From positions 23,317 through 87,316 of the forward strand of contig JAQBQP010000003.1 in NCBI GenBank assembly GCA_028286905.1: a stretch of 64,000 nucleotides of DNA, in the 5' to 3' direction. Positions within the stretch are counted from its first letter, which is position 1, and the number at the start of each line of letters is the position of its first letter. Below the pieces are notes generated by a model. That model was given only the letters and a program-made list of their open reading frames with translations. It ran no database searches and had not been told where the DNA came from. Source of the stretch: Candidatus Doudnabacteria bacterium (GTDB lineage Bacteria > Patescibacteriota > Doudnabacteria > UBA920 > VMFF01). This document shows positions 1-9,978 of the stretch, in pieces. Made by a program: the position numbers and the translations under genes.

Positions 1-268
1 ATTCCAATTCATAAAAAGGAATAGAGGTGCTGATTTCTTTCTGCTTAATATCCACTTTTGGCGGTTTCGGAGGCAAAGGAGCCTTTCGAAGAACAACCGG
101 TTCAGCTGGAAAAGGCGTTGCAGCATTCTGAAGAATCGCAACAAGTTCATTTACTTCCTTATCACTCATCTCCGATAAAAGCTGGACCCACTCCGCTTTT
201 TCTACCGAAGACAAAATGCTTGCCTGTTGGATTACCTTTTTAGTTTTTTCAATATCTTCAGGACGCAT
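1..268 (-). CDS. Hypothetical protein, 5' part only (gene runs off the window start). Translation MRPEDIEKTKKVIQQASILSS... The start codon abuts the stop of the upstream gene, suggesting an operon.
   Basis: Minus-strand ATG at 266-268, immediately after the stop of 269..1024; open frame through position 1. Confidence 0.4.
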   Translation of the reverse strand, partial: MRPEDIEKTKKVIQQASILSSVEKAEWVQLLSEMSDKEVNELVAILQNAATPFPAEPVVLRKAPLPPKPPKVDIKQKEISTSIPFYELE

Positions 269-1024
269 TTATCTTGCCCTCGTTTTTAATTCATCTAATT
301 TTTTCTGAATATCTATTTGAGATTTTATATCCATTCTTTGTCCCACCGGTATTGCCCGGCTACGATTTCTGTTGGCTTGTACCACAGGACGTTCGGCATT
401 ATTTAAATCATCATAAAACTTTAGAATTCTTAATAAAGTTTGACGCTGCATTTGTGGCAAAGAGCGGGTGTTAGAACTCTGGTTAATGTAATTTAAACGT
501 TCGATGCTTCCTCTTTTTGCTACCTTAGAAGGAAACTTTGAATAATCCATGATCCAATATTTCAAAGTTGGCAGCATTTTTCGTCCTTCTATCTCAATTG
601 GCATTGCACCAAACTGTTCAGTGTTCTGTTCTAAATCTACTGCAAGGCTTCTGAACACTTGTTTAACAAATTCATCTGATTCATAAAAATTGTAAAATTG
701 CTTTATCAAATCATCAGGATTAATTCCTTCATTTACTGCATTCAAGAATCTTGTTTTTAACAAGCTATCCTGATCTACTGATTCCAAAAGCACAAAAGTG
801 GCGAAAGCTAATTTAACCCAATAATTTTGATAGCTCTCATATAATTGTGGAAACTTGGCTTCTATCTCCGAGCCTTTGCTTTGCAAAACACCATTAATAA
901 AATCCAAAAGCTCTTCTATATACGAAAAGTTTTGCGATAGCAAAACGTCTTTGATTTCAAATTCAATTTTCTTGAAATCATTTAGGTCAACTGGATTTAA
1001 TTTTGTTAATTCGGAAATATCCAT
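269..1024 (-). CDS. Hypothetical protein (251 aa), no recognisable motif.
   Basis: Complete ORF, co-directional and tightly packed with 1037..3427. Confidence 0.5.
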   Translation of the reverse strand: MDISELTKLNPVDLNDFKKIEFEIKDVLLSQNFSYIEELLDFINGVLQSKGSEIEAKFPQLYESYQNYWVKLAFATFVLLESVDQDSLLKTRFLNAVNEGINPDDLIKQFYNFYESDEFVKQVFRSLAVDLEQNTEQFGAMPIEIEGRKMLPTLKYWIMDYSKFPSKVAKRGSIERLNYINQSSNTRSLPQMQRQTLLRILKFYDDLNNAERPVVQANRNRSRAIPVGQRMDIKSQIDIQKKLDELKTRAR

Positions 1025-1036
1025 AGATCCTTAGAA

Positions 1037-3427
1037 TTAAGTTGGCATCCTAGGCGGTGCCTGAGGACGGGCGAAATTATAGGTTGTATTAGTTCCGGCT
1101 GTCGTTCCTGCTATTCCAGCAGTTGCCTGATCACCGTGTCCAATAAAGACCTGTAGTTTCGAAGTTAACTGATTAGGTGCTTTTCCGGAATTTAGAACGA
1201 GGTTTTGAATGCTCTTTAGAGTTTGTCTCATAACATTTGGATCAACGCCTGTAACGTTTATTTTATTAACCTCAGCAGGCTCGGTATTGTCAACAATGTC
1301 TTGCATAGCTATATCCCTGGCAGTACCGGTCTTATCAGCTGTGGCAGCTAACAACGAACCGCCCTTTTTGCCACCCTTGGCTAAAGCTGCACGGATTTCA
1401 TGCTCAGCTTCTGCATTCCCTCTGGAAATGTCCTTGATAACTTTGTTCAGATTGTCTTGAGTGTAAGCTCCTCCAGTTAACCTGGTAACATATGCTTCAA
1501 TTCTTCCGTTTGTAGCCATTGCTTCAAAAGTGTTGGCAACTTTTTCAATCGTATGATGGTTGCCGCCTTTAATCTCATCTCTGATAAGTTGATTGCCTGT
1601 CATTGTTACCGCATCTGCAACCTTAGTTTTAAGCGCGGAAGCAATTTCTTCATCATGAATTTTTCCTTTTACACCAAGATCGGCTTTATTATCAGTTTTC
1701 GATTTGTTAAATTCTCGATTTGTTTTAACTCCGGCTGCAGCTATATCCGCAGCTTCTTTATTTTTTTCTTCGCTCACATGCAGGAATTCCTTAACTGCCA
1801 TTTTTGGACGTAAGGCCGTAGCTGCGGCACGCGAGAAACCCCCTCTTAATTGTCCTTTACTGTCTCGGGTTAACTTGTCAGATAAAATATTTTTCTCTCT
1901 TACAACTCTATTTTTCGTAGCCTCTCCGGCAAACTCAAAAGGTTTAATTGTAAGATGCTCAGCTTTTTTAACTATTGCGCCCACCCCAACCACGCCAAAG
2001 CCCTGAGCAACTTCAATCGCCATATATAAGAAAAAGATGATTGTAATACAAGACAAAGATAATTCTATAAACTGGCCAAGATTTTGGTTTACAGAGTTTT
2101 TAATAGAGTTCTGGGTAACCGCGGCAAGATATTCGGATTGTTTAATCGTTAATGTCGCCGCAATCTGCAAAAAGAAAGCAATGATCGGCGTAAAGAACGC
2201 GTATTTCAAAAAATATGTCCACCATTTGCTAGCCTCATGATGCAAATCTGGAATAACCCTTAAGCCATAAGCAACTGGTGAAAGCAAAAGCAAAATCCAC
2301 AAAGCAACCACCCTTATTACCAAGAATGCTGCCAAAGCCATAAACGCAAAGAACGCAGCAAGCGCAAAAAACAAATAAAATATCGCAGCTATTACATCAC
2401 TAAAGCTTCCTTTGAATGGTACAACATTTAAAATCTGGGTCGGCCGGACCATCATTTGATATGCCAAGTTACTTAAAACCGTTTGATTGTTTGGCAAAAA
2501 TTGCGCTTGTACAGTATCGGCAATTCCTAAAATTAATTGTGCAATAACCAAACTGAAGTTCACTAATATCGCCATTAAAACCAATTCGGGAATTAAGTGT
2601 TTGTAGTTATATTTTTTTTCAAATCCTTCGATACGGAACAGTGTTGCTAAAGCGATAACTAACATTGCAAGAATAAAGAAAATATTCATTACATTTCTAA
2701 CAAATACCCACCCGCCAAGAATAACCGCAGAAAAAGATGAATCGTGCACTTTCATATCCAACACCACTTGAATAACAGGAATGGTCAGGTAGTGTGTAAT
2801 TCCATACAATGCTGATGCAATTATTAATACGATTCCGCGGATTACAGTTGAAATGAAACCAATAAGTGTGTCTGTAACGCTTCCTTGGTCAGTAGGGGCA
2901 GCGGCATCTATTTTCCCGCTATCTTTGGTTGTGCTAGTAGTAGCGCCATTCTTTGTTACCGAAGCTGAAATTGTTTGGCTATGAAAACCTCCTGCAGTAA
3001 TATAAGGTCCTGGTATTTCTACTAAATCCGTCCCAGCAGGTTTGCCATCCAGGAGCCAGGCTACGCTACAATCACAAAGCGTTGCGCTTCCCGCTCTAGT
3101 GGGATACGGTTTACCATCTAAAAATAATCGATAAAATTGCTGTAATGTTGGAGCGGCGTATCCGCCTGAAGAATAGCTCTTTGCGCAAGTATAAATACTC
3201 AAACCTTTTGTGACCGGGACAGCGCCTGATCCGTTAGCCCCTGTAGATTGATCACAAAAAGGAGCGTTCGGAGAACTTGTTGCAGAAACGTCTTCGGCAC
3301 GTGCCGTTAAAATCGGATTTAACGCAACAAATAAGACAAAAAAAGCAAAGAAAATTCCTAAAACAATAGGACTTAGTTTCTTTAGTCTTTTATCAGTTTT
3401 TTTTGTTATTTTTGTTTCCAAAATCAA
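1037..3427 (-). CDS. Large polytopic membrane protein. N-terminal signal/TM, Cys-containing extracytoplasmic domain, ~6-8 TM helices, long Lys/Ala-rich hydrophilic C-terminal tail. Topology reminiscent of TrbL/VirB6.
   Basis: Hydrophobicity pattern read from the 796-aa translation; no family motif verified. Confidence 0.4.
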   Translation of the reverse strand: MILETKITKKTDKRLKKLSPIVLGIFFAFFVLFVALNPILTARAEDVSATSSPNAPFCDQSTGANGSGAVPVTKGLSIYTCAKSYSSGGYAAPTLQQFYRLFLDGKPYPTRAGSATLCDCSVAWLLDGKPAGTDLVEIPGPYITAGGFHSQTISASVTKNGATTSTTKDSGKIDAAAPTDQGSVTDTLIGFISTVIRGIVLIIASALYGITHYLTIPVIQVVLDMKVHDSSFSAVILGGWVFVRNVMNIFFILAMLVIALATLFRIEGFEKKYNYKHLIPELVLMAILVNFSLVIAQLILGIADTVQAQFLPNNQTVLSNLAYQMMVRPTQILNVVPFKGSFSDVIAAIFYLFFALAAFFAFMALAAFLVIRVVALWILLLLSPVAYGLRVIPDLHHEASKWWTYFLKYAFFTPIIAFFLQIAATLTIKQSEYLAAVTQNSIKNSVNQNLGQFIELSLSCITIIFFLYMAIEVAQGFGVVGVGAIVKKAEHLTIKPFEFAGEATKNRVVREKNILSDKLTRDSKGQLRGGFSRAAATALRPKMAVKEFLHVSEEKNKEAADIAAAGVKTNREFNKSKTDNKADLGVKGKIHDEEIASALKTKVADAVTMTGNQLIRDEIKGGNHHTIEKVANTFEAMATNGRIEAYVTRLTGGAYTQDNLNKVIKDISRGNAEAEHEIRAALAKGGKKGGSLLAATADKTGTARDIAMQDIVDNTEPAEVNKINVTGVDPNVMRQTLKSIQNLVLNSGKAPNQLTSKLQVFIGHGDQATAGIAGTTAGTNTTYNFARPQAPPRMPT

Positions 3428-3578
3428 GGGTTTTGATTTATCTTTCTTGATATTATTATCGCATAAAAAGCGTCGAAAAACAAACTTTTTAAACTGTGTA
3501 CAACTTTGCTAAAACCGGCTGTTCACAAAGGCATAAAAAAATAACGTCCGCATAGCTGGGACGTTATTTAAGCCACAA

Positions 3579-4877
3579 TTAGGTAGTAGGGCAATCTGCG
3601 ATTATGTAAGAAGCGTCGAGCGAGCTAGCTTCGTCGATACTAGCCTGCCTGGCTTTTTGGTCCGCATCAATAAGAGTCTTGTCGGTTAAAGTGCTGTCCA
3701 AACAATGAAGCTTATAAAAATTTACCCGAGCAACGTCATTCACTACTCCGATATCATTAATGTTACTAAACATCTCGCTTTGCGATTGGCCAGTGTCTGG
3801 ATCAATTGCGGTAAAACATCCTGCGCCAATGCTATTTAACTGATCGGCAACTGTTGTGTTAGTGTTGTAAACCATGTCACTTAAGGAAGCTCCTGAAATA
3901 CAAGCGCTAGCATCTGAAATGCCCCCGCCGGAGCCGCTAGAACCAGCAGTGCTGCCAGAACCTGAACCAGTACTAGTTCCACTGCCAGCTGTGGCTCCAG
4001 AGCCAGACCCAGCTGCACCGGAACCGGCTTGTACTTTAAAATCACTTACCAAAGTTTGATTTGGTTTACGATTTAATAGAATATCTCCTAATTTTTGAGC
4101 TAGGCTGGTAGAAAAAAAGGAACGCAACGAAAGAATACCATCATATGGTTTTACTGTTTGACCGAATAATTGATTAACTTTTGTTCCGATTTGAGTACTA
4201 ACGTATTGTGCGGGAGAGCCAACAGTACATTTTTGCAAAACAATACCACTTGATGTTTGAGTGTTGTTACAGTCAAGCAAGTCTTTTTGGCCGTTACTGG
4301 TAGACAAATTCATAGTCGCAGCGGTAGTTGCGTTACCAAGCACTTTACCAGCGTTTGCTTCTGCCAACGCCTTTTGGCCTTGAGGGGTAGCAAGTAAAGA
4401 ATCTGAAAGACGGTCATAGGCATTTTCTGAAGCAGCCCCGCCTTTTAGAAAGTCTGCATAATTTATATAATCGAGGGTTTGCTTATTATAAACTGGGCTC
4501 AAATTCGGACAGCTTGTACCACAAGTTCCATTTTGCTTGGAGATGTTCGCTCTTAAAACATAGGCGTTAAGCTGAGACTCCTTAGAGATAGCGTCAACGG
4601 TATAAACCATTTCTGCCAAATTACGGGTATAATTTAAATAATCATTGATCTTATACTGGTTTTGTAAATCATTAATAAACCTTTCGGAATATCTGTTATT
4701 GATACCTGTCAAAATCATTGCAGCAGCATCTTTTAAAATCGCGACCGCATCGCTGACATTAAAGTCTCCGACCCCAAACAACGCATGAGTAGTTGTCGGC
4801 CTGGCAAAAAAAGCTGTCAGGCTTACAAACACGATCATTAATATTATTGCGGGCTTCTTTAGGATATGTTTTTTCAT
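3579..4877 (-). CDS. Secreted protein with signal peptide and Gly/Ser-rich linker (GSGAAGSGSGATAGSG...).
   Basis: N-terminal hydrophobic signal; low-complexity G/S tract; start overlaps stop of 4879..5850. Confidence 0.55.
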   Translation of the reverse strand: MKKHILKKPAIILMIVFVSLTAFFARPTTTHALFGVGDFNVSDAVAILKDAAAMILTGINNRYSERFINDLQNQYKINDYLNYTRNLAEMVYTVDAISKESQLNAYVLRANISKQNGTCGTSCPNLSPVYNKQTLDYINYADFLKGGAASENAYDRLSDSLLATPQGQKALAEANAGKVLGNATTAATMNLSTSNGQKDLLDCNNTQTSSGIVLQKCTVGSPAQYVSTQIGTKVNQLFGQTVKPYDGILSLRSFFSTSLAQKLGDILLNRKPNQTLVSDFKVQAGSGAAGSGSGATAGSGTSTGSGSGSTAGSSGSGGGISDASACISGASLSDMVYNTNTTVADQLNSIGAGCFTAIDPDTGQSQSEMFSNINDIGVVNDVARVNFYKLHCLDSTLTDKTLIDADQKARQASIDEASSLDASYIIADCPTT

Positions 4878-4878
4878 A

Positions 4879-5850
4879 TTATTGCGCTAAGCTAAAGCCT
4901 GTTTTAATATCATTATTTAGGATATCCAAAAGATCATTATAGCCTTGGACATCGTTAGCGAGATTATTAGCAGCTAAGCCCGCTGTGTTGCTGTTACTAG
5001 CCTTATTAACTGCTATTTGATCGTCAATTATGATCATGGTCGATTGATAAGCTTGATAATATTTTTCGCTTAAACCAAGAAAGGCTGGCGGCGTGACAAC
5101 TTTTGCGATACTATCCAAAACTGTTTTTGTTCTGGCTTTGTAAGCTTGTAATTGCGCTGCATCGGTTACAGAAAAAACATTTAGCATTTCTTTGCCATAA
5201 ACAACATCAAATGATTTAGTTGCATTGCTCATTGAAGTAAAATACGCGGACATATCAGCTTTAGAATTAGTGCTTTGTGCGAAATTCGGTCCCGAGTAAT
5301 TCAAAGGAAGACTGATAGTATTATTCGTAGCATTAGCATTGGTTGAAACAATTGGATCAATAGCTAACTGTTGCTGTTGGGTTGGTGTTTGTCCGGCAAT
5401 ATATTGTTTTGCATCTGGATAATAAGTATTTACAAATTGATCTTGCGAAAGTGTATAATCAGTATTTTGATTTTTGGTTGGATCATAGTTTGCACTAACA
5501 ACCTGATTGTACAATCCGTTTTGATCAGGGATCAGCCCATCCGCAACCGCTTTATTATAATCTTGAAATTTTGTATTTGTTGTTGGCTTAACAACGGGCT
5601 CCGGACCACGCGGTTTCACTGAAGCAAATGGCTGACTCGGATCTTCCTTTACCACAAAATCACGTCCGCCGGTTGTCGTACTTGGAATAACAGTTGTAAC
5701 GCCGCCATTGCCATTTGTAGTTGTGCCGTTAGTTTGAGTGTTATCAATCGGAGTAGTTGGGGCTTTCTTTGAAGAAAGAAAAACAAAACTAAGCACTGCG
5801 ATCAACAGCACTATTCCACCCACTATTATCATGATCTTTTTTGTAAACAT
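4879..5850 (-). CDS. Membrane-anchored Thr/Asn-rich hypothetical protein.
   Basis: N-terminal TM helix; T/N-rich tract. Confidence 0.5.
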   Translation of the reverse strand: MFTKKIMIIVGGIVLLIAVLSFVFLSSKKAPTTPIDNTQTNGTTTNGNGGVTTVIPSTTTGGRDFVVKEDPSQPFASVKPRGPEPVVKPTTNTKFQDYNKAVADGLIPDQNGLYNQVVSANYDPTKNQNTDYTLSQDQFVNTYYPDAKQYIAGQTPTQQQQLAIDPIVSTNANATNNTISLPLNYSGPNFAQSTNSKADMSAYFTSMSNATKSFDVVYGKEMLNVFSVTDAAQLQAYKARTKTVLDSIAKVVTPPAFLGLSEKYYQAYQSTMIIIDDQIAVNKASNSNTAGLAANNLANDVQGYNDLLDILNNDIKTGFSLAQ

Positions 5851-5889
5851 TTTTGTTTTAATTTCAGTTAGTCGATTTGACCAGAAAAA

Positions 5890-6468
5890 CTAAGGCAAGG
5901 CTACTTCGGCGCTAGTTTGATAATTTGTGCGCAGTAAATCCAGCTGACCTTGGACGGCCACAGCATATGTTGCCATCTGATCAGCCTCCAAAGAACTTTG
6001 AGCATTGAATCTTAACTGATAATAAGCTAACAATAATTTATGGTAATCAGAAAGCGCGCTTGGCGCCGCAATTCTTTTTAAATCAGAGATAAATTTATCC
6101 TGAGCGTCCTTACTACTTTGCAATGAGTTACCTGTTAACAACCCTTGAATATTGTCGGAATTTTTAACAATGTTGACCTGATCGGCATAATTAACAAAAG
6201 CTTGCTGGGAGTTATCCTCACTGGTTCGGATGTCATTCGGTTCAAATTGTTGAATTAGCTGCTGGTTATATTCGGTTGCACCCAGCACTTGTCCGCCATT
6301 GTTGGGCAGGTCTGCCAAGCTCGCACTTAACCCTGTTCCGCCTTTAACAGCGGCTAATCGGAGCGGTTTTTGGGTCCAAGCTAAGGTGCCTAATACTAAA
6401 GCAATCACCGCGATTAAAGCGACATTTTTCAAACCAAAGTCGTTAAAATGTTTTTCAGCAATATACAT
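5890..6468 (-). CDS. Membrane-anchored hypothetical protein.
   Basis: N-terminal TM helix; same operon direction. Confidence 0.45.
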   Translation of the reverse strand: MYIAEKHFNDFGLKNVALIAVIALVLGTLAWTQKPLRLAAVKGGTGLSASLADLPNNGGQVLGATEYNQQLIQQFEPNDIRTSEDNSQQAFVNYADQVNIVKNSDNIQGLLTGNSLQSSKDAQDKFISDLKRIAAPSALSDYHKLLLAYYQLRFNAQSSLEADQMATYAVAVQGQLDLLRTNYQTSAEVALP

Positions 6469-6488
6469 ATATAATGATTATATCATTT

Positions 6489-7352
6489 TTATATTGTTTT
6501 ATCCAAACTTTTATAGAGTTGGTGCCACTGTTCCAATGACAATTCTTGAGGGCGCATTTTTGGGTCTACTTTTGCACTTTTAAGCAGCTCGGAAACAACT
6601 TCTGGATCTAATTTTAAATTATTTTTTAAGGTATTATGGATTTGTTTGCGCTTGCCGGAAAAAGCCGCTTTTATAATTTTGAAAAATTCTTTTTGATCCA
6701 CCTGATAACGCGGTTTTTCTAAAATATCTAAAACTAAAATCGCCGAATCCACTTTTGGCACCGGATAGAAATCTGTTTTTGGCACAATCCCAATTATCTT
6801 AGGCTCTGCGAACAGCTGCACCGAGATTGCCAAGATGCTTAGCTCTCCCACTGGCGCAACAATTCTTTCAGCAACTTCCTTTTGCATTAGCAAAACAATT
6901 CGAGAAGGTTTATTCTTTGCTACTAGTAACATTTCAACGATCTTGCCAGTAATATAGTAAGGAATGTTTGCCACGACTTTGTAGCCGGGTTTTAAAAGCT
7001 CTTGAAAATTAAAGCGCATCACGTCATCAAAAATAAGTTCAACGTTCGATTCGCTCTTTGGAGTTTTTGTATGGCTCTTCAGATGCACTCCCAGCTGATC
7101 TTTCAAAATTGGAAAATAACGATCGTCTTTTTCTACAGCTAAAACAAATTCCGCTTGCTCGGCAATTAATTGAGTAAGGTTACCAATACCCGAGCCAATC
7201 TCTAAAACTTGGTCAGTCTTTTTTATTTCCGCAGCTTCAACAATTTTTTCCAAAGTTAGCTGATTCAATAAAAAATTCTGACCCAAAAGATGATTCGGTT
7301 GAAAGCCGTATTTACCCAGAAATTGTTTGATATCAGAAATCATATTTACCAT
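6489..7352 (-). CDS. rsmA: 16S rRNA (adenine1518/1519-N6)-dimethyltransferase.
   Basis: GQNFL motif near the N-terminus and an SAM-binding EIGSGIGNLT motif. Confidence 0.85.
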   Translation of the reverse strand: MVNMISDIKQFLGKYGFQPNHLLGQNFLLNQLTLEKIVEAAEIKKTDQVLEIGSGIGNLTQLIAEQAEFVLAVEKDDRYFPILKDQLGVHLKSHTKTPKSESNVELIFDDVMRFNFQELLKPGYKVVANIPYYITGKIVEMLLVAKNKPSRIVLLMQKEVAERIVAPVGELSILAISVQLFAEPKIIGIVPKTDFYPVPKVDSAILVLDILEKPRYQVDQKEFFKIIKAAFSGKRKQIHNTLKNNLKLDPEVVSELLKSAKVDPKMRPQELSLEQWHQLYKSLDKTI

Positions 7353-9472
7353 CTATTAATTACTTTAAAATCAATCCGATCTTCTGGCAGACCCTTCAGA
7401 ATACGCGAAGGCGGAAAGCTTTGCAACTGACCAAACAATCGACGCGCTTGAGCATAAATTAAGTACAAGTGCTGACGGGCGCGAGTAATTCCAACATACG
7501 CCAAACGCACTTCTTCTGCCATTTCAACTGGGTTTAGCAATGAACGGGAATGCGGCAGAATCCCTTCTTCCAAACCGATCAAAAAAACTGTATCAAATTC
7601 CAAGCCCTTGGCCTGATGCAGGCTCATAAATGTTACTTGATCCTTTTCATCTTTTGAACTATCCACTTCGGTCATCAAAGCAACCTCTTCCAGAAACTGC
7701 TCTAGACCGTCTTTCCATGGCAAATTTTGATAATTTGCTGCAACGTTAAATAGTTCTTCAACGTTTTCCCAACGGGTTTCGCCTTCATCTGTACCATCGC
7801 GCAGCCACGCTTCGTATCCAGTTTTCTTCAAAACCAAGCGCATTAGCGACAAAATATTTTCTTCTTCGTCAAAAATAGTGAACTCCTCTATTAATAAGAA
7901 AAAGCTTTGCACAGAATTATATTGCTTCGGCGAGAGCTTTATCTCCGCAACTTTCACTCGAAAAGTTGCCAAGTCATATTCAGAATTGAAAATAAAATCT
8001 TTAAGTACTTGATAAGACTTCTCACCGACGCCACGAGCCGGTTCATTAATGACGCGCTTCAAAGAAACCAAATCTTTATAATTAACAATTAATCGCAAAT
8101 AAGCTAACGTATCTTTAATTTCTTTTCTTTGGTAGAACTTTACGCCACCAATAATTTGATAAGGAATCTTTGCTTGTAAAAAAACTTCTTCGAGCGCACG
8201 AGACTGAGCATGGGTTCGATATAAAATCGCATACTTATTTAAAGGGCCGTGCTCTTCCGGCAACTGTGGAATCCCAAACAAAGAAGTTTTAACTCCCCTA
8301 TTGATTGCTTTTTGCTTATTCAAAAACTTATCTAAAATCGAATAAGCTTTTGGCTCTGCCACCTCTTCAGAAAAATCCGGAACGTCTTCAGTTTCGTAAG
8401 TAATTTGATCGTTCACAACTACGCCACCAGCTTTTTTAACGATAGTCTTAGCGATGATTTTTGCCTCTTCGATCTCATCCTCTACTTCGAGAAGTTTTAT
8501 TTTTTCGCCAGTTTCGTTTTCAGTCCAAAGCGTTTTCGGCTTTTGTTCGATATTCTGTTCGATTACTTCTTGGGCAACCGCCAAAATATTTTTAGTGGAG
8601 CGATAATTCTGTTCCAATTTAATTACTTTAGAATCTGGAAAGTGCTCTTCAAAATTTAAAATATTCTGTAAATTCGATCCGCGGAAACCATAGATACTCT
8701 GAGCATCATCGCCGACTACAAAAAGATTACGCTTGCCCATATTTTCCCCAGTACCCACCGCTAATAGATAGAGCAAAAGATATTGGGCATGGTTAGTGTC
8801 CTGATACTCGTCCACTAAAATATATTGAAAAATTTGCTGGTACTTTGCTAAAACCTCAGGAAAATTCTGAAAAATCTTTACAGTTAACATCAAAAGATCA
8901 TCAAAATCCAAAGCATTTTGCTTAAATAAATAGTTCTGGTAATCAGCGTAGATATCCCGAGTGATCGTTAATAAATATGAATCGATTGGCAGGTTCAATT
9001 CGCTTGGCGTTTGCAAAGCGTTCTTCGCGCTAGAAATATAATTCTTAAATACGGTCGGTGGGAACTTTGCTCCAAGGTTTCTTTCGGTCACAATTTCTCT
9101 GAATATCTTGGTTTGATCATCGCTATCCATAATTACAAAGCCGCGCGTATAACCTAATCGTGAAATTTCCTGGCGCAAGATTCGAGCACAAATTGAATGA
9201 AAGGTGCCCATTGCTGGCATGCCAATGTGTGGGAAAATATTGTTTACCCGACTTTGCATTTCCTTGGCAGCTTTGTTCGTAAAAGTAAGAGCCAGGATAT
9301 TTTCCGGTTTAAATAAATTTTCAGAAATTAAATAAGCGATGCGGTGCGTTAAAACTTTAGTTTTGCCAGATCCAGCTCCCGCCAAAACTAAAACAGGCCC
9401 CAAAGGAGCTGTTACTGCTTGTTGCTGTCGATCATTTAATTGGGCTAGAATTTTCTGTTTTATGTCGCTCAT
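7346..9472 (-). CDS. uvrD: ATP-dependent DNA helicase, UvrD/PcrA family.
   Basis: Q-motif, Walker A AGAGSGKT, DEYQDT (motif II) and a YRS(T)-type motif V. Confidence 0.9.
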   Translation of the reverse strand: MSDIKQKILAQLNDRQQQAVTAPLGPVLVLAGAGSGKTKVLTHRIAYLISENLFKPENILALTFTNKAAKEMQSRVNNIFPHIGMPAMGTFHSICARILRQEISRLGYTRGFVIMDSDDQTKIFREIVTERNLGAKFPPTVFKNYISSAKNALQTPSELNLPIDSYLLTITRDIYADYQNYLFKQNALDFDDLLMLTVKIFQNFPEVLAKYQQIFQYILVDEYQDTNHAQYLLLYLLAVGTGENMGKRNLFVVGDDAQSIYGFRGSNLQNILNFEEHFPDSKVIKLEQNYRSTKNILAVAQEVIEQNIEQKPKTLWTENETGEKIKLLEVEDEIEEAKIIAKTIVKKAGGVVVNDQITYETEDVPDFSEEVAEPKAYSILDKFLNKQKAINRGVKTSLFGIPQLPEEHGPLNKYAILYRTHAQSRALEEVFLQAKIPYQIIGGVKFYQRKEIKDTLAYLRLIVNYKDLVSLKRVINEPARGVGEKSYQVLKDFIFNSEYDLATFRVKVAEIKLSPKQYNSVQSFFLLIEEFTIFDEEENILSLMRLVLKKTGYEAWLRDGTDEGETRWENVEELFNVAANYQNLPWKDGLEQFLEEVALMTEVDSSKDEKDQVTFMSLHQAKGLEFDTVFLIGLEEGILPHSRSLLNPVEMAEEVRLAYVGITRARQHLYLIYAQARRLFGQLQSFPPSRILKGLPEDRIDFKVINRW

Positions 9473-9978
9473 TTATTGTAGTATATCAGAATTTTAAAAA
9501 TACTTTTAAATCTAAAAGACTTCACAAAATCAACGCTATCAAGGGCTACGTAACAATATTCAAAAAGTAACGTCTATTTGGCGCTAACCTTAGCAAAATG
9601 GGGATAAATAATGGCTTACTTAAGCGATATTTTGGCTTACGTTAGCCAAAATCTCTTGATCAATGCTTCGGCATGCGGTAAGATGAGTTGTGTGCTGAAA
9701 CACTGCTTAAAACAGTGACTCAGCAGATAAGAGACCTTAAATAACTAACCCATTCCAAAAGCTTATTCCCCTGTTGATTTGACCCTCCTGGATGTCCGAC
9801 GAATAGGTTCGAAAGTTTGGTTGCGAGGCCTTGTATACAAGGTTACATCAGTATATTCATGCGAGCTATGGAAAAGGCGCGTGGATTCGGTAAATCGGTT
9901 GTTCGGAATGTAAAATTCATCAACCAAAAATTAAACAAGCACTTAAACTCTTTCCATGCCCTACACTCTTCTTTGAAG

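Noticed and set aside
58-474. Small + strand ORFs (58..243, 274..474) at the window start.
   Set aside because: They lie antisense inside the tightly packed minus-strand operon (1..268 and 269..1024) and have no start signals.
9750-9830. c-di-AMP (ydaO-type) riboswitch upstream of the cell-wall hydrolase gene.
   Set aside because: The region lacks the G-rich pseudo-symmetric ACGGGG / GGGGA blocks characteristic of ydaO. It is kept only as a generic 'long leader' finding.
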